Source of the DNA: the human T2T-CHM13v2.0 reference genome, Homo sapiens
DNA: 64,000 bases
Direction: 5' to 3' (one strand)
Assembly (NCBI RefSeq): GCF_009914755.1
Contig: NC_060925.1
Translations under genes and position numbers: made by a program
The notes under the pieces: generated by a model
Seen by the model: only the letters and a program-made list of their open reading frames with translations
The model's database searches: none
Told to the model about the DNA's origin: nothing
Shown here: positions 1 to 53,965 of the stretch, one piece after another
How the letters are laid out: every line of letters begins with the position of its first letter
Position numbering within the stretch: position 1 is the first letter of the stretch

Positions 1-110
1 TACCATGTTGGCCACGCTGGTCTGGAACTCCTGTCCTCAGGTGATCCACCTGCCTCGGCCTCCCAACGTGCTGGGTCAAATTTCAAAAGGTACAAAATGG
101 TGTACTGTGA

Positions 111-600
<490 letters not shown>

Positions 601-616
601 TAATATTGTATCTTGA

Positions 617-886
<270 letters not shown>

Positions 887-1339
887 TGATCCACCCGCTT
901 CGGCCTCCTGAAGTGCTGGGATTACAGGCGTGAGCCCGGCCTAGCTTTTTTTTTTTTAAACACGGTTAAAGAGTATTCTATTGTTTGAGTGTGCCATAAT
1001 TTAACCAATGCCTGCCAATAGAAATTTACATTATTTTCAAATCTTCTGCTGTTTCAAATAATTATGCTGAAGAAAATAATTTAGCACTTAAATCATTTCA
1101 AAAGTATGCAAATTCAAAAGTATGTAAAAGCCAGGCACGGTGGCTCCACTGCACTCCACTTGCACCACTGCACTCCAGCCTGGGCAAGAGAGTGAGACTC
1201 CGTCTCAAAACAAACAAAGTATGTCACTTAAAGTCCTAGAAGTTGAATTGTTGATTTAAAGAATATCGCAGGGCTGGCCGGGTGCCGTGGCTCACACCTG
1301 TAATATATATATATTGCAGGGCTGGGCAGCAGTTGCTCA

Positions 1340-1585
<246 letters not shown>

Positions 1586-2315
1586 TCAAAAAAAAATAAT
1601 AATAATAATATTGCAGGCTTGGCATGGTGGCTCACGGCTGTAATCCCAGCACTTTATGAGGCTGAGGAGGGAGAATCGCTTGAGGCTAAGAGTTTGAGAC
1701 CAGTCTGGGCAATATAGCAAGACCCTAAGACCCCATCTCTAGTGGCATGTGCCTTTCAGGAGGCTTAGGCAGGAGGATCCCTTGAGCCCAGGAATTCAAG
1801 GTTATAATGAGCTAGGATTATGCCACTACACTGTAGCCTGGGAGCCTGGGTGACAGAGCAAGACACTGTCTCTAAAAAAACAGAAAGAGTATTGCTGAAT
1901 TTACAGAATTTTTGAATGAGTTGCCAACATTTTAAACACACTTTCATACAAAATATAGATGTTTAAATTCACTTGAAAAATGGGAATATCTAATAATACT
2001 GTATCCCACACGACAAAAATTAGCTGAAACTAAGTAGCAACTGCTCCCTGTAGGTGAGATATGGACTACCCAAGTGGCCACAGTCCTCACCTGCCCCACT
2101 TAGCTCCTTTACATTACTTTCCTCGTGTCTGCAACCTTTGAGCTTTTAATCCCTGAAAAGTTATTTAGTTTTGATTCTGAGATCACTCAACAACCTTCAG
2201 ATTATAATCTAATTTCCTTTGAGTCTGTGTGCAAAGAAAGGATCGGCCGGGTGCGGTGGCTCATGCCTGTAATCCCAGCACTTTGGGAGGCCGAGGCGGG
2301 TGGATCACGAGGTCA

Positions 2316-2592
<277 letters not shown>

Positions 2593-2609
2593 TCAAGTAT
2601 TAAGAACTA

Positions 2610-2908
<299 letters not shown>

Positions 2909-3679
2909 TTATAGTAATAACGGCAACAAATCGTGTATTACAATAATTTGTAAATTTCAATAATGTAAGTCACTTATGCAGGGTCTAATCACTTCTGACT
3001 AGAGTTAGTCTTCAGAGCTGAGTGTGGTGGAATGCACCTATAGTCCTAGCTACTTGGGAGGCTGAGGCAGGAAGATCTCTTGAGCCCAGGAGTTTGAGAC
3101 CAGCCTCGGCAACACAGCCAGACCTCGTCTCAAAAAAAAAAAAAAAATTCTGATTCAGTGTATCTTGAGTGGGACCAGAAATTTAAAATTTCTAACAAGT
3201 TCCCTGATTGCACACTGAGTAGCAAGACCTTAGAAGACACCTCCTGAGTTCCCTCTGCTGATATCTACAGGACTGACCACTTCAGCCTTCTCAGGGCAAT
3301 GAAGAAATCAGACTAGAATATGACGAGCCAAAATAGCATTATTTCTCATCAACATTCCCCATTCCTCATTCCCCACCCCACCTGCTCCTAATAATGGAAA
3401 GTTGAAAGAATGTAACTAGTAGAAATATAATTCAGTCAGAGCAAAGATAAAGGGAATTTTTTTATTCATTCTATATCAAGGACCACCAGATGTGCAGGGG
3501 CAATATATCAGGCGCTAGGGAAAACAAAAATGATTAAGACAGGATCTTAGCCTTGAGCTGTTCACAAACTAGTAGAGGAGACAGGCATACAGTGATAACT
3601 CACAAGTGGCATGAACTACAATAATGGAAGTACAGAGGTAGAAGTTAATTCTTTAGAGGATGAGTGACGGTCTAGGACA

Positions 3680-4185
<506 letters not shown>

Positions 4186-5644
4186 TCAATTCCCAGTCTA
4201 GGAAAACTACTCAGAGAAGACATTATTTAAACTTTAGACAATTAATATTTTACTAGACAGAAAAAGGGAGGGAAAATTATAGGAGGTGGACCATGATAAA
4301 TAAAGATGTGGAGATACAAAAGTGAAATATATAAATTTGTTAGGGAAACAGCACATAATCAGAAGTGTGAAGAGAGGGGTGGGAAATATGGCCAAAGAGG
4401 TAAATTGGGGCCAAATTATGAAGAGCCTCAAATTTTATACTGTGGAGATAAACTTTATTTTGTAGACATAAAGAAAAAAGTTTTAAAGCAGGGTATATGA
4501 CATGATCAGAACTATATTTTAGAGCTACATATAGGAAGAATCTACAATAAGGCCTACCAATCAGGAGGTTACTTTATCCTGGCAAGAAGCAAGAGCTAAG
4601 GCCGGGTGCCATGGCTCACGCCTGTAATCCCAGCACTTTGGGCGGCTGAGGTGGGCGGATCACCGGAGGTCAGGAGTTCGAGAACAGCCTGACTAACCTG
4701 GAGAAACCCCGTCTCTACTAAAAATACAAAATTAGCCAGGCGTGGTGGCGCATGCCTGTAATCCTAGCTACTCCGGAGGCTGAGGCAGAATTGCTTGAAC
4801 CCAGGAGGCGGAGGTTGCGGTGAGCCAAGATTGCGCCATTGCAATTCCAGACTGGGCAACGAGAACACAAAAACTCCGTCTCAAAAAAAAAAGAAAGGAA
4901 GGAAGAAAGAAAAAGGGCCAGGTGCGGTGTTTTACGCCTGTAATCCCAGCACTTTGGGAGGCCAAGGCAGGCGGATCACGAGGTCAGGAGATTGAGACCA
5001 TCCTGGCTAACACGGTGAAACCCCGTCTCTACTAAAAATACAAAAAAATTACCCGGGCATGGTGGTCGGCGCCTGTAGGCTGAGGTAGGAGAGTGGAGTG
5101 AACCTGGGAGGCAGAGCTTGCAATGAGCCGAGATCACACCACTGCACTCCAGCCTGGGCGACAGAGCGAGACTCCATCTCAAAAAAAAAAAAAAGAAAAG
5201 AAAGAAAAAGAAAAGAAAGAAAAAGAAAAGAAATAAGAGCTAAACAAAGCCAATAAAATAGGAAAAGAGGCCGGGTGCAGTGGCTCACCGCTATAAAACC
5301 AGCACTTTGGGAGTCCAGGGCAGTTTGATCACCTGAGGTGGTGGGTGGATCACCTGAGGTCAGGAGTTCGAGACCAGCCTGGCCAACATGATGAAACCCC
5401 GTCTCTACTAAAAATATAAAAATTAGCTGGGCGTGGTGGTGGACATCTATAGTCCCAGCTACTCGGGAGGCTGTTGCAGGAGAATCACTTGAACCTGGGA
5501 GGCTGAGGAGCCGAGATGGCACCACTGCACTCCAGCACTCCAGTCTGGGATGACAAAGTGAGACTTCATCTCAAAAAAAAAAAAAAAAAAAAAAAAAAAA
5601 GAATACGAATAGGAAAAGAAAGAAGAGGAAACAAGCTACACTGA

Positions 5645-5870
5645 ATGATGGTTCAAGACCACCAAGTGTATGGCCAAACTGCCTGGGTCTGTCACTTTTT
5701 AGCTGTGTGGCTTTGGGAAATTTATTTCTGTGCCTCTGTTTTCTCATCTATAAAAAAGGGACAATAATATTAGTTCTTACCCCATAGGATAATTGTGAAG
5801 TTTAAATGAATTAATAACTGGCAAGTGCTTAGAACAGTTCCTGGTATGTAGCAAGTATTCAACAAATATT
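5645..5870 (+). mobile_element. MIR SINE
   Basis: MIR core ctgtgcctctgttttctcatctataaaa...gtgcttagaacagt. Confidence 0.8.
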
Positions 5871-6254
5871 GTGTGTGTGTGTGTGTTTAGGGAGTAGTAT
5901 GTCTAAAATTTTTAGCTCAGGTTAGGTGATACCATAATGAAATGAGTTTAGAACATGATGAATTTCAATTATCTGGAGGAACCCTTCACTTCTCCACACC
6001 TCAATTTCTGCTGTCTTAATTGAAAATAGGCACTTAGGGTGGTCCCAGGAAACTGTTGAGCAGGTGAAATGAGCACAGGTGAAAATGTGGTCAACAAGAG
6101 AGAATTTCAAGGACTTGGCAGTTCTGGCGCTTGGGCTGTGTTTCCAGCCTCACACACAAGGTTCTGGTTTGTACTTTTTAAATGAAATGTAGATTCAATA
6201 ACTAGTACAGTTAGTGTAAAGACACATGAACAAATTAAAGCAATGATAAGACGC

Positions 6255-6620
6255 TGTGGTAGTCAATAAAGCTGGTTCATCAGACACACCAGGTTCTCCC
6301 TCCTCCCAGAGGTAAGATAACTGCTCTTCCTGGCCCCCTGGTGGTTGTGTAGGACTTTGTGATTCATTCAGGTCAATGAGTTGTAAAAATCAGTGTCTTG
6401 AGTCATTTTGTTAATATGAGTCCCTCTAGCATTCTTTCCCTCTGGTATTACTACTCATCAGTGTGGGTTTCCCCAGTAGCTATCATTAGCAGAGCCCCAC
6501 CATACCTTCCAGAGATGATTATGTAGTGTGAGCAAGAAACACGCCTTTTTTTTTTCTTTTAAGCTACTCAGATTTTGGAGTTGTTTCCACAACATAACCT
6601 AGTCTATCCTGATACTGATA
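6255..6620 (+). mobile_element. MaLR (MLT1-type) solo LTR
   Basis: Starts tgtggtag and ends aagctact.agattttggagttgttt..acataacctagtctatcctga..ctgatac, like an MLT1 3' end. Confidence 0.65.
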
Positions 6621-6708
6621 CTATTTTAATACATATCAAGTTCTTAAAAATTAAGTAGTTAACACCCAGTACTAATAGGGGTGTGGGGAAACACTTTCAG
6701 ATTTGCTA

Positions 6709-7146
<438 letters not shown>

Positions 7147-7591
7147 TCAGGAGATCGAGACCATCTTGGCTAACACGGTGAAACCCCATCTCTACTAAAA
7201 ATACAAAAAATTAGCCGGGCGTGGTGGCGGGCGCCTGTAGTCCCAGCTACTCGGGAGGCTGAGGCAGGAGAATGGCCGGGTGCAGTGGCTCACCGCTATA
7301 AAACCAGCACTTTGGGAGTCCAGGGCAGGTTGATCACTTGAGGTGGTGGGTGGATCACCTGAGGTGGTGGGTGGATCACCTGAGGTCAGGAGTTCGAGAC
7401 CAGCCTCGCTAACATGATGAAACCCCGTCTCTACTAAAAATATAAAAATTAGCTGGGCGTGGTGGTGGGCACCTATAGTCCCAGCTACTCGGGAGGCTGT
7501 TGCAGGAGAACCCAGAGGCGTAGGTAGGCTGTGGTGAGCCGAGATCCAGCCATTGCACTCCAGCCTGGGCAACGAGAATGAAACTCCGTCT

Positions 7592-7638
<47 letters not shown>

Positions 7639-7918
7639 CGGTTGCGGTGGCTCACGCCTGTAATCCCAATCCCAGCACTTTGGGAGGCCCAGGAGGCGGA
7701 ACCCGGGAGGCGGAGCTTGCGTGAGTCGATATCGCGCCACTGCAGTCCAGCCTGGGCTACAGAGCGAGACTCCGTCTCAAAAAAAAAAAGGAAAAAAAAG
7801 GCCTGGCGAGGTGGCTCATGCCTGTAATCCCAACACTTTGGGAGGCCAAGGTGAGCAGATCACAAGGTCAGGAAATTGAGACCATCCTGGCTAACACAGT
7901 GAAACCCCGTCTCTACTA

Positions 7919-8447
<529 letters not shown>

Positions 8448-8509
8448 TCACACCTGTATGTAATCCCAGCACTTTGGGAGGCCGAGGTGTGACGAGGCCA
8501 GCCTGGCTA

Positions 8510-8852
<343 letters not shown>

Positions 8853-9035
8853 TCACTGAAGCCTCTGCCACCGGGGCTCAAGCGTTCCTCCCCCGGCCTC
8901 AGCTGCGGAGTTGCTGGGACCACAGACGCGAACTACCACGCCTGGCTTTTTTTTTTTTTTTTTTTACCTTGTATTTTTAGTCGAGATGGCGTTTCGCCGT
9001 GTTGCCCAGGCTGGTCTGGAACTCCTGGGCTCTAG

Positions 9036-9452
<417 letters not shown>

Positions 9453-9829
9453 TGATCCGCCCGCCTCTGACTCCCAAAGTGCTGGGATTACAGGCGTGAG
9501 CTACCGCGCCCGGCCAAAAATACAAGTTTTACCTTTTTTATTGGCTTCAGGTAATGTCCACATGTTAAATGAAAACAACAAAAATCCAAATACAGAAACT
9601 CGTACATACAAGACTGGAAAATGAAGCTGTATTACCTGAAAGGAGCGGAGTGGTGATGGGGCAAGAGAGAATATTATCACGTTTTTCTTATTACATCTTG
9701 ATAGCCTTTACAATTTGTATCACTTATGTAACAAAACAAACTCAAGTAAAACTGAGAGAATAAAGCTCTGAACCTATGAGCGTTTCCCTAAGTCTTTACA
9801 CAATGAATATAGTAATGGGGCCACTAGTC

Positions 9830-10400
9830 GAGGGTGGTAGGAGCGGCGGAGACTCGGTAATATACTGGCCACGCCTACTCTGCCCTGCCAGTCTCTTCTC
9901 ACGTGTGCCCCTGGAAGGCTCTGCCTTAACGCATGCGTAGTTACCTTAGTTTTCGTCGCCTCTGAGGGGCGCCCCGCGGCTTTGGATTTGACCCCGTCAG
10001 GCTACCGTCGCGGTGACCGGAACGGCACTAAAGGTTTGCTTCCGGGCGTTTCTTTTGCTTCCCCTTCCCTCTTTCACGCTTCCTCCCCTCCCCCTCCTCC
10101 CTTATCCCTTCGCTTTCGCTCTTTTCCGTCGAGGCCGACCCCTGAGTTGTGAGTCTGGGGTCTGGTTGGTGAAAAAGAGCCCTTGAAGCTGGAAGACGGG
10201 AGGTGCGGGGAATACTGTTGAGTTATTTGGTGACCAAAGGCTTATCTGGGACGTTTTGTTTGTGGGAGGGGGTCGGGCGAGGGTGGGAAGGAAGTCTTCC
10301 CCAGAGGCGAACGGGGGCGGGGCTGAACTGGGTTTGCGAATGGGTAGGACGCACCCCTAGAATGGGTAGCACGGGGGTGGGCTGGTGTGTGGGCAGAGGA
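9830..10400 (+). promoter_or_regulatory. SETDB1 CpG-island, TATA-less promoter
   Basis: CpG-rich. E-box CACGTG 9900-9905, NRF1-like palindrome ACGCATGCGT 9929-9938, ETS core CTTCCGG 10039-10045, and G-rich/GC-box tracts at the start of intron 1. Confidence 0.85.
10024..10202 (+). other. SETDB1: SETDB1 non-coding exon 1 (5' end approximate)
   Basis: Pyrimidine-rich, ATG-free segment inside the CpG island, ending GAG|gtgcgg at 10202/10203. Confidence 0.8.
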
Positions 10401-11399
10401 AAATGGAGGCGCTGAAAATCAGATTTTCTTTAACCGTTTGATTAAAAAAGCAGTTCACACGAATGTGTGAAGTATTTGGATTGTGGATATTAGGTACCCA
10501 CGTTTTATTCCCAGGTTGCTTTACTTCTCTGTACTTTGGGGGAAACCTTTTTGCTGCAAGCTTTCGTGTGTTTGAATATCATAGACTTTTTAAAAAGTAA
10601 AATTCCACATGGAAGCAAAGTAATATAAGGGGAACAAGTAATGAAAGAGAAAACACTGAGTTAGTGAGTTCCAAATCAACTCCATCCCCAGGTGGGGTTT
10701 TGTTTAAATTAGGCATAGCATACAAAGATTTATCACATTAGTTAAGGAACACATATAGACCACAAAAATATCTTATAGATTGGTTCTCTTCAGTATCCCA
10801 AAAGATTATTTTTAAAGTTCGGTTTGTTTTGAGACAGGGTCTCACTTTGTCACCCAAGCTGGAATGCATGGCGCGAACATAGCTCACTACAGCAGCTACT
10901 CCTGGGCTCAAGCGATCCTCCCACTTCAGCCTCCTGAGTAGCTGGAACTAAAGGCGTGCACCACCACACGTGGCTAATTTTTGTATTTTTTTGTAAAGAC
11001 GAGTCTTGCCATGTTGCCCAGGCTGGTCTTGAACTCCTGCCCTCAAGCGACCCTCCTGCCTCGGCCTCTAAAAGTGCTGAGATTACAGGTGTAAGCCACT
11101 GTGCCAGCCCAAAACATTATTTTCAGTAGCTCTCTACTGCTTAATGAATGTTCTCCATGCCGTCTCAAACTCTTAAATCTTTTTCAGGAGTGTTAGCGTA
11201 CAGCAGAAGATAAGAACTCTTAAAAATCTCAGCATCAGATTCTGGAGAATAGGGAGGGAGAACATGGAATATTTGAATAGAATAACAGGCAGCAGAGTAG
11301 GAATTAGTTTTATTAGGGAACTGAAATTCTCTATTGATTGATTGTAGTTATAAGGACTCCAATTTAATTTGTTTTCTGTTCCATGCAGAGGACAAAAGC

Positions 11400-48063
<36,664 letters not shown>

Positions 48064-48425
48064 AGGACAGCCTTCTTCCCAACCCTTCTTGAACTGTCGT
48101 TTCCTCAGGAACTGGGTCTTCCTGATTGTTGAACCCTGACCCGAAGTCTCTGGGCTAGCTACTCCCCCCAGCTCCTAGTTGATAGAAATGGGGGTTCTGG
48201 ACCAGATGATCCCTTCCAATGTGGTGCTAGCAGGCAGGATCCCTTCTCCACCTCCAAAGGCCCTAAAGGGTGGGGAGAGATCACCACTCTAACCTCGGCC
48301 TGACATCCCTCCCATCCCATATTTGTCCAAGTGTTCCTGCTTCTAACAGACTTTGTTCTTAGAATGGAGCCTGTGTATCTACTATCTCCAGTTTGTATTA
48401 TTTCTTGAAAGTCTTTTAACAATAT

Positions 48426-48431
48426 GATAAA
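48426..48431 (+). terminator. Probable SETDB1 polyadenylation signal (variant GATAAA)
   Basis: No AATAAA/ATTAAA seen between the stop codon and here. GATAAA is followed by a GU/U-rich tract (gtggttttgtttctc). Confidence 0.6.
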
Positions 48432-48571
48432 ACTAAGATTGTGGTTTTGTTTCTCTCTCTCAGCCCGATACTCCCAATTCTGGATCTTTCAGTGAGGTAT
48501 TATCCCCATCCTCCCCTGTGGGCTGCTGTCATTCATCTTCTACCTTGTCTATCTTTGCTTCTTGCATGTGA

Positions 48572-48835
<264 letters not shown>

Positions 48836-48902
48836 TGCATGTGAAATTTAAAAAAGAAAATATTACATAACTGCAAGGAAGGCGTAAGAAAGACTCTCTT
48901 CG

Positions 48903-48978
48903 TTTATTTAGTTGATCCCCCTTCTCAATTCCTAATAGTCTGACACTTATTGCCATGTTTTATTTAATATTTTTTATT
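48903..48978 (-). terminator. CERS2 polyadenylation signals (AATAAA x3)
   Basis: tttatt on + at 48903, 48959 and 48973, ~0.9 kb past the CERS2 stop. Confidence 0.75.
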
Positions 48979-49843
48979 TAATCTTTTAATTTTAAAAAAA
49001 AACCCATTAACAGTACATTTTGGTCTAAAATGGTCCCTCTGCTGAAATGCTAGGTGCTAGCCGTAATTCTGGCTTTAAAACCAAAACCCCAAATATTTAA
49101 TAAATAAAAATTAGAATTAGTTGCCATTCTACTCCAAACCAGCTAGCCTAGCTGAAGAGAAGAGGGAAGGGGGAAGAGGCCAGAGAAAGGAGGCAGTCAG
49201 ATCTTAGACCTGTCGCTACAGGGACAGCTGAAAGAAGTAGCACTAAGAAAGATCATCCGAGCAGTCCCCAGTACAGCCCCCACTTTTTGGCAGAGGTAGG
49301 GTAAGGGTTATGTGCACCCTCCTCCTACCCTCAATTCATTTGTGTCATAGAGGGAGAAAGTTAAAAGCTCAGCTTTGGTTTCTGGCCCAAGTTAGGGAGC
49401 TTAGAAAGGTTAGCCTTGGTCCAGCTTTGGCAGAATGAGGCCCACAGATGGGACAATAAGGCACAACCCTGGCTCTGGAGGTCAGGGAGTCAAAGGCAAA
49501 CAGCTGGGGCCAAATTCTCAGAATAAGGAATGTGAATTGTAACCCCTACCCACAGAGAGCTGAGGGAGGGCCTCAAAAGCAGTAGAAAGGATGACTTGGC
49601 GGGTAGGGAGGAAAATACGACCGTCCCCCTCTAACAGAATATAACCAACGTCCCCCTACCTGGGGATAGGCTGGTTAGAATTTGGTTTAAAGGCAACTGG
49701 GTGACAAGCAAGGAGGGAGGATGCAGAGAACTCTCCTCTCACTTTCTCCTTTTTCCCCAGAGCTTAAAGTGACCCTATAGCGCAGGGAGCAGGGTAGTTC
49801 CTTGGCTTTATGCATTAATCTGGGAGGCAGCTGGAATAATGGT

Positions 49844-49984
49844 TCAGTCATTCTTACGATGGTTGTTATTGAGGATGGGGTGGCCATTGGCTAGGGGCCG
49901 GCTCTTTGCTCCTCCCCCAGCTGCAGCCTCCTCCCCCTCTGAGCTCTCTGTTTCTTCCCGGTCACTGCGTTCATCTTCTACCAG
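49844..49984 (-). CDS. CERS2: CERS2 exon 11 coding part (acidic tail, TGA)
   Basis: cag|[16 protein letters not shown]...KND*; 141 nt. Confidence 0.96.
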   Translation of the reverse strand: MVEDERSDREETESSEGEEAAAGGGAKSRPLANGHPILNNNHRKND

Positions 49985-52786
49985 CTGTGGAAAAGGGACA
50001 AGAAGGGTTATTACATGAGATCCTCAAACCCCTAAGTACTGCTTCTCTCTGAGGGCTTGTTCCTGTTATACCCAGGGCTCCACACTAGTTTTTTAGAGAG
50101 TTACTGGCAAGATGGGAGTTCAGGAAGTTGTAGAGAGTAGTAAGGCCTACACAATGGGAACAGGGCTTCACCTTTCCAGTTATGAACTTGTGGGCCATGC
50201 GCAAAATGAGGTAGGCCCAGAAGATATGCAGCAGCTGTAGAACTCCCATCATGGAATTGAAGAAGTAATAGCCAAAGAAGGCAGGATAGAGCTCCAGTGG
50301 GTACACCAGGGTGCAATGCAGGATCCTGAGGATTCAAGGAGAGAGAGAACGTGGACAAGAGCAGGTCAGACACCGGGGAGATACAGGAGGGGAAGAAAGG
50401 CAAGGCTCCTGATTTCTTCAGAACAGGAGTGTAGCCTAGCTGCCTACTCACCAGAAGGGCAGGATGACCAGTCGGGTGATGATAAAAACAATGGCGAAGA
50501 CGATGAAGATGTTGTTGCAGGTGTTCTTCCATCCCGCGTAGTTAAACATCTTGGCTGACTGCATAGAGAGCCCCCATCCATCATCATGGGCTCCTGACTC
50601 CCTCGAGTACATTCATATGTACACTCCAGTTAGGAGCACTGACTCTGTGCCCTCCTCCTTGGTCCCAGGAATGTCATCCTCCAAATTCCCACCCCGCACC
50701 TCCCTCCCAAAGAAAACCAAAGGGACAGAAGAACCTGCACCAGGGTCTCTAGATTTGAGGAAGCCTGACCTCCAGCAGGTAATCGGAAGAGTCATGCAGA
50801 GCCATGATTAGAGTCCCAGCTCGGATGTAATTGGCAAACCAGGAAAAGCTGATGAGAATGATGGTGGCCACATGGTGGATGATCTGTTCCTTGAAATCCT
50901 GCAGAGATGATGCAGGCCCCAGGGCCTTTTTTTATTCCCCAGCTCTCACTATGCCTTCTTACCACTTGCCTTTGGTTCCCCATATACCAACAGCTCCATT
51001 CAGAGTACCCAGAAGTCAAAGGAGAGGGTGTTCATCCCAGGGCCTCATTTTGGCTCTGAGGCTTAATTGCACAACCCCTTCACCCACCTTTCGCTTGACA
51101 TCAGAGGCAATGCTGAAGAGCAGGGACCAGTAGAAGGAAAGTTCAATCATGTAGTACCAATACTGGGAAGGGATAGTGCTCTGGGAGAGGAGAGAGAGGT
51201 AAGAGCAACCAGCCGCAAGGGTGTCCCCACTCCACAAACCCCCTAGCCCCTGAGGTTCTTCATTCCATCACTCTAATCCCTCTGCCATGGATTCCACAAA
51301 CCGTCTCTTCACTAGGGTGTGTCTTAGTCCACCCCCACATGAGGAAGCAGAACTCATACCTGTATGGGATATCCCTCCCAAACTTTCTTCATGTCATAGA
51401 ACCAGGGTTTCTGCAGAGAGATGGTGAGAAGTTAAAAGAGGAGGAACCCAAATTCCATGGCCTCACCTGACCTTGCCAGAGAACCTACTCCCACCTCCCA
51501 GTAATCCCCACTCACATCCACAATGACGGCCATGCCGGCAATGAAGGCAATCAGGTAAAATGTGAATCTCCAGCTGTTAGAGGAAGCAGAAATGGCTAGG
51601 TCAGAGGATAGCACAGTCCCCCAGCAGCCCCCAAATACCTGCAGATACCCTCACAAGATACCATTAATAACTGAATTCACCTCCTCACATCTCCCTGCGT
51701 ATAGCCACCGCCTATCCCTCCCAGCAAGACACATCAGGATATTCCTTGTCACCCAGCTTCTGCCCCAGCCTCCCCCACCTGGCTTCTCGGAACTTCTTGA
51801 GGAGACTGGGCCGGTCCTGGTTGCGGCGGCGACGGAACCAACGCTCTACCTGGCGGCCAGAGAGCCCGCTCTGCCGGGACAAAAGCTCTACTTCCACCTG
51901 GGCACAGTGAAGAAGCCCATTGTTATGTTTACCTTCGGAACTCAGCAGCATCCCCAGCCTCTCCCAGTAACAACCTCAGTCAGCACCACTGCTTCCCCAT
52001 CTCTTCACCTGCCAGAGCTAACATTCAAACCCTGTCCCCCCACCACCAAACTCAGTGATTCCCAGAGCCAGAGCAGCATGCGGCTCATACCTGCTTGGGC
52101 TGCTTGCCACTGGTCAGGTAGAAATGTTCCAAGGTGGCGTTGGGAGGTGCCCGCAGCCGAGTTTTCTCCTTTATGTTCAAGAGGGCAGCCAGTGGTGTAG
52201 CCACGTACCTGGGGAAGGGATATGAGTAAGGTATCTAGCTTGCTGGGAAGGGAAAGGGCTGCAAGCTAAGGCAACTTTACCCTGGCCTCAGTTTCCCCAG
52301 CTTCCTGGCAACCCCCTTTTCTCTAGCCTCCAGGGCTGCCCACAGCTGACAAAGCTGCCTGTGTGTTCACTAGTGGCCAGGCGGGCGGCGGGTAGAGGGT
52401 GAGAACAAATAACCATTGATGGAAAGGGCCTGGGGGTGCTGAGCCTTCAGGAAGACAATGGTGCCTTCAGGGGAGGGGGTGCACAGTGGGCAGGAACCTG
52501 AGTAGCCAGAACATCAGGGTCAAGGGCTAATTAAACAGCAAGGAACAAACTTGAAGTCCAAGAAACTGCAACTGGCAACAGGGGAAGGCATGAGGGTAGG
52601 TTGGCATGCTTACAGCTCAAAGAAGTATCGAACGATGAGGAAGAGCAAGGCCAGGGGCAGCGTGATATAGAGATCTGAGGCTTTGGCGTAGACACGTCCA
52701 TCTCGGTCTTCTAGATCGGCCCAGGTCAAGTTCACAGGCAGCCACAGACGTTCCCACCAGAAGTAATCATACAAGGTCTGGAGCAT
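49844..52786 (-). CDS. CERS2: Ceramide synthase 2 (LASS2), spliced CDS, 380 aa
   Basis: [22 protein letters not shown]...NNNHRKND*. Has a Hox-like domain and TLC/Lag1p motif ([11 protein letters not shown]...LHDSSD). Ten coding exons sum to 1143 nt. Confidence 0.99.
50172..50325 (-). CDS. CERS2: CERS2 exon 10
   Basis: GT-AG; 154 nt. Confidence 0.96.
50452..50558 (-). CDS. CERS2: CERS2 exon 9
   Basis: GT-AG; 107 nt; [10 protein letters not shown]. Confidence 0.96.
50770..50898 (-). CDS. CERS2: CERS2 exon 8 (Lag1p motif, HH)
   Basis: GT-AG; 129 nt. Confidence 0.96.
51088..51180 (-). CDS. CERS2: CERS2 exon 7
   Basis: GT-AG; 93 nt; [10 protein letters not shown]...KRK. Confidence 0.96.
51360..51410 (-). 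CDS. CERS2: CERS2 exon 6
   Basis: GT-AG; 51 nt; [17 protein letters not shown]. Confidence 0.96.
51516..51573 (-). CDS. CERS2: CERS2 exon 5
   Basis: GT-AG; 58 nt; [10 protein letters not shown]. Confidence 0.96.
51779..51897 (-). CDS. CERS2: CERS2 exon 4 (Hox-like, [10 protein letters not shown])
   Basis: GT-AG; 119 nt. Confidence 0.96.
52091..52208 (-). CDS. CERS2: CERS2 exon 3
   Basis: GT-AG; 118 nt; [10 protein letters not shown]...PKQ. Confidence 0.96.
52614..52786 (-). CDS. CERS2: CERS2 exon 2 coding part (ATG at exon position +2)
   Basis: cag|G ATG; donor gtaagc; 173 coding nt. Confidence 0.97.
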
Positions 52787-53008
52787 CCTGAGTGAGGGGC
52801 AAAGGGGAGGGCATCAAGAGGGAGTAGCTATGGAGGAAGAGATAGATGAATAAAAGTTTTCAGGATGTATCAAAAGGAGAAGGGGGCAGAGAGTCGAACT
52901 CTAGATCCCTATCCTGGCTATGTAGCCTTGGGCAAATCAGTTTCCTCATCTGTAATACGGTGGCTTTCCAGTTTTAACATTTACTGTTAGGCCGGCCGTG
53001 ATGGCTCA

Positions 53009-53293
<285 letters not shown>

Positions 53294-53818
53294 CTACAGC
53301 AACCTGCAGACGTGATTCCCTGGAATTAAGAAACTTGGGGTCCTTACAACCTCTGATTTCGGGGAGTGGGGGAAGAACCTTGGGGGTCTTGTCATTTTGC
53401 TATCTTAACCTGCAAGACAGGCAGGACCTGGCCCTAGAAGCTGTAGCCAACAATCTGAGTAAAGTCCCTCCCTTATCCCCCTACACTCTGGCCACTTCCT
53501 CGAGCCTCCAAGCCAACTCAGCTGAAAGCTTCCAGGGGGTGCCCCAAAACATTGCAGGGCTGAGGCAAACCCTTCTTCCCCTTCCCTACAACCTACAACC
53601 CATCTGAGTAGCAAGTCCCTAAAGAAAAATTAAGAGACAGGGTAGGCTGGGCAGTAGCTCACGCCTGAAATCCCAGCACTTTGGGAGACCAAGGCAGGCT
53701 GATCACTTGAGCTCAGGAGTTTGAGACCAGCCTGGGCAACACGGTGAAACCCCATCTCTACAAAAAATACAAAAATTAGCTGGATGTGGTGGCACATGCC
53801 TGTAATCCCAGCTACTCA

Positions 53819-53965
<147 letters not shown>

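Noticed and set aside
51562-52200. 212-aa + strand ORF
   Set aside because: Antisense shadow of CERS2 exons and introns; no recognisable product.
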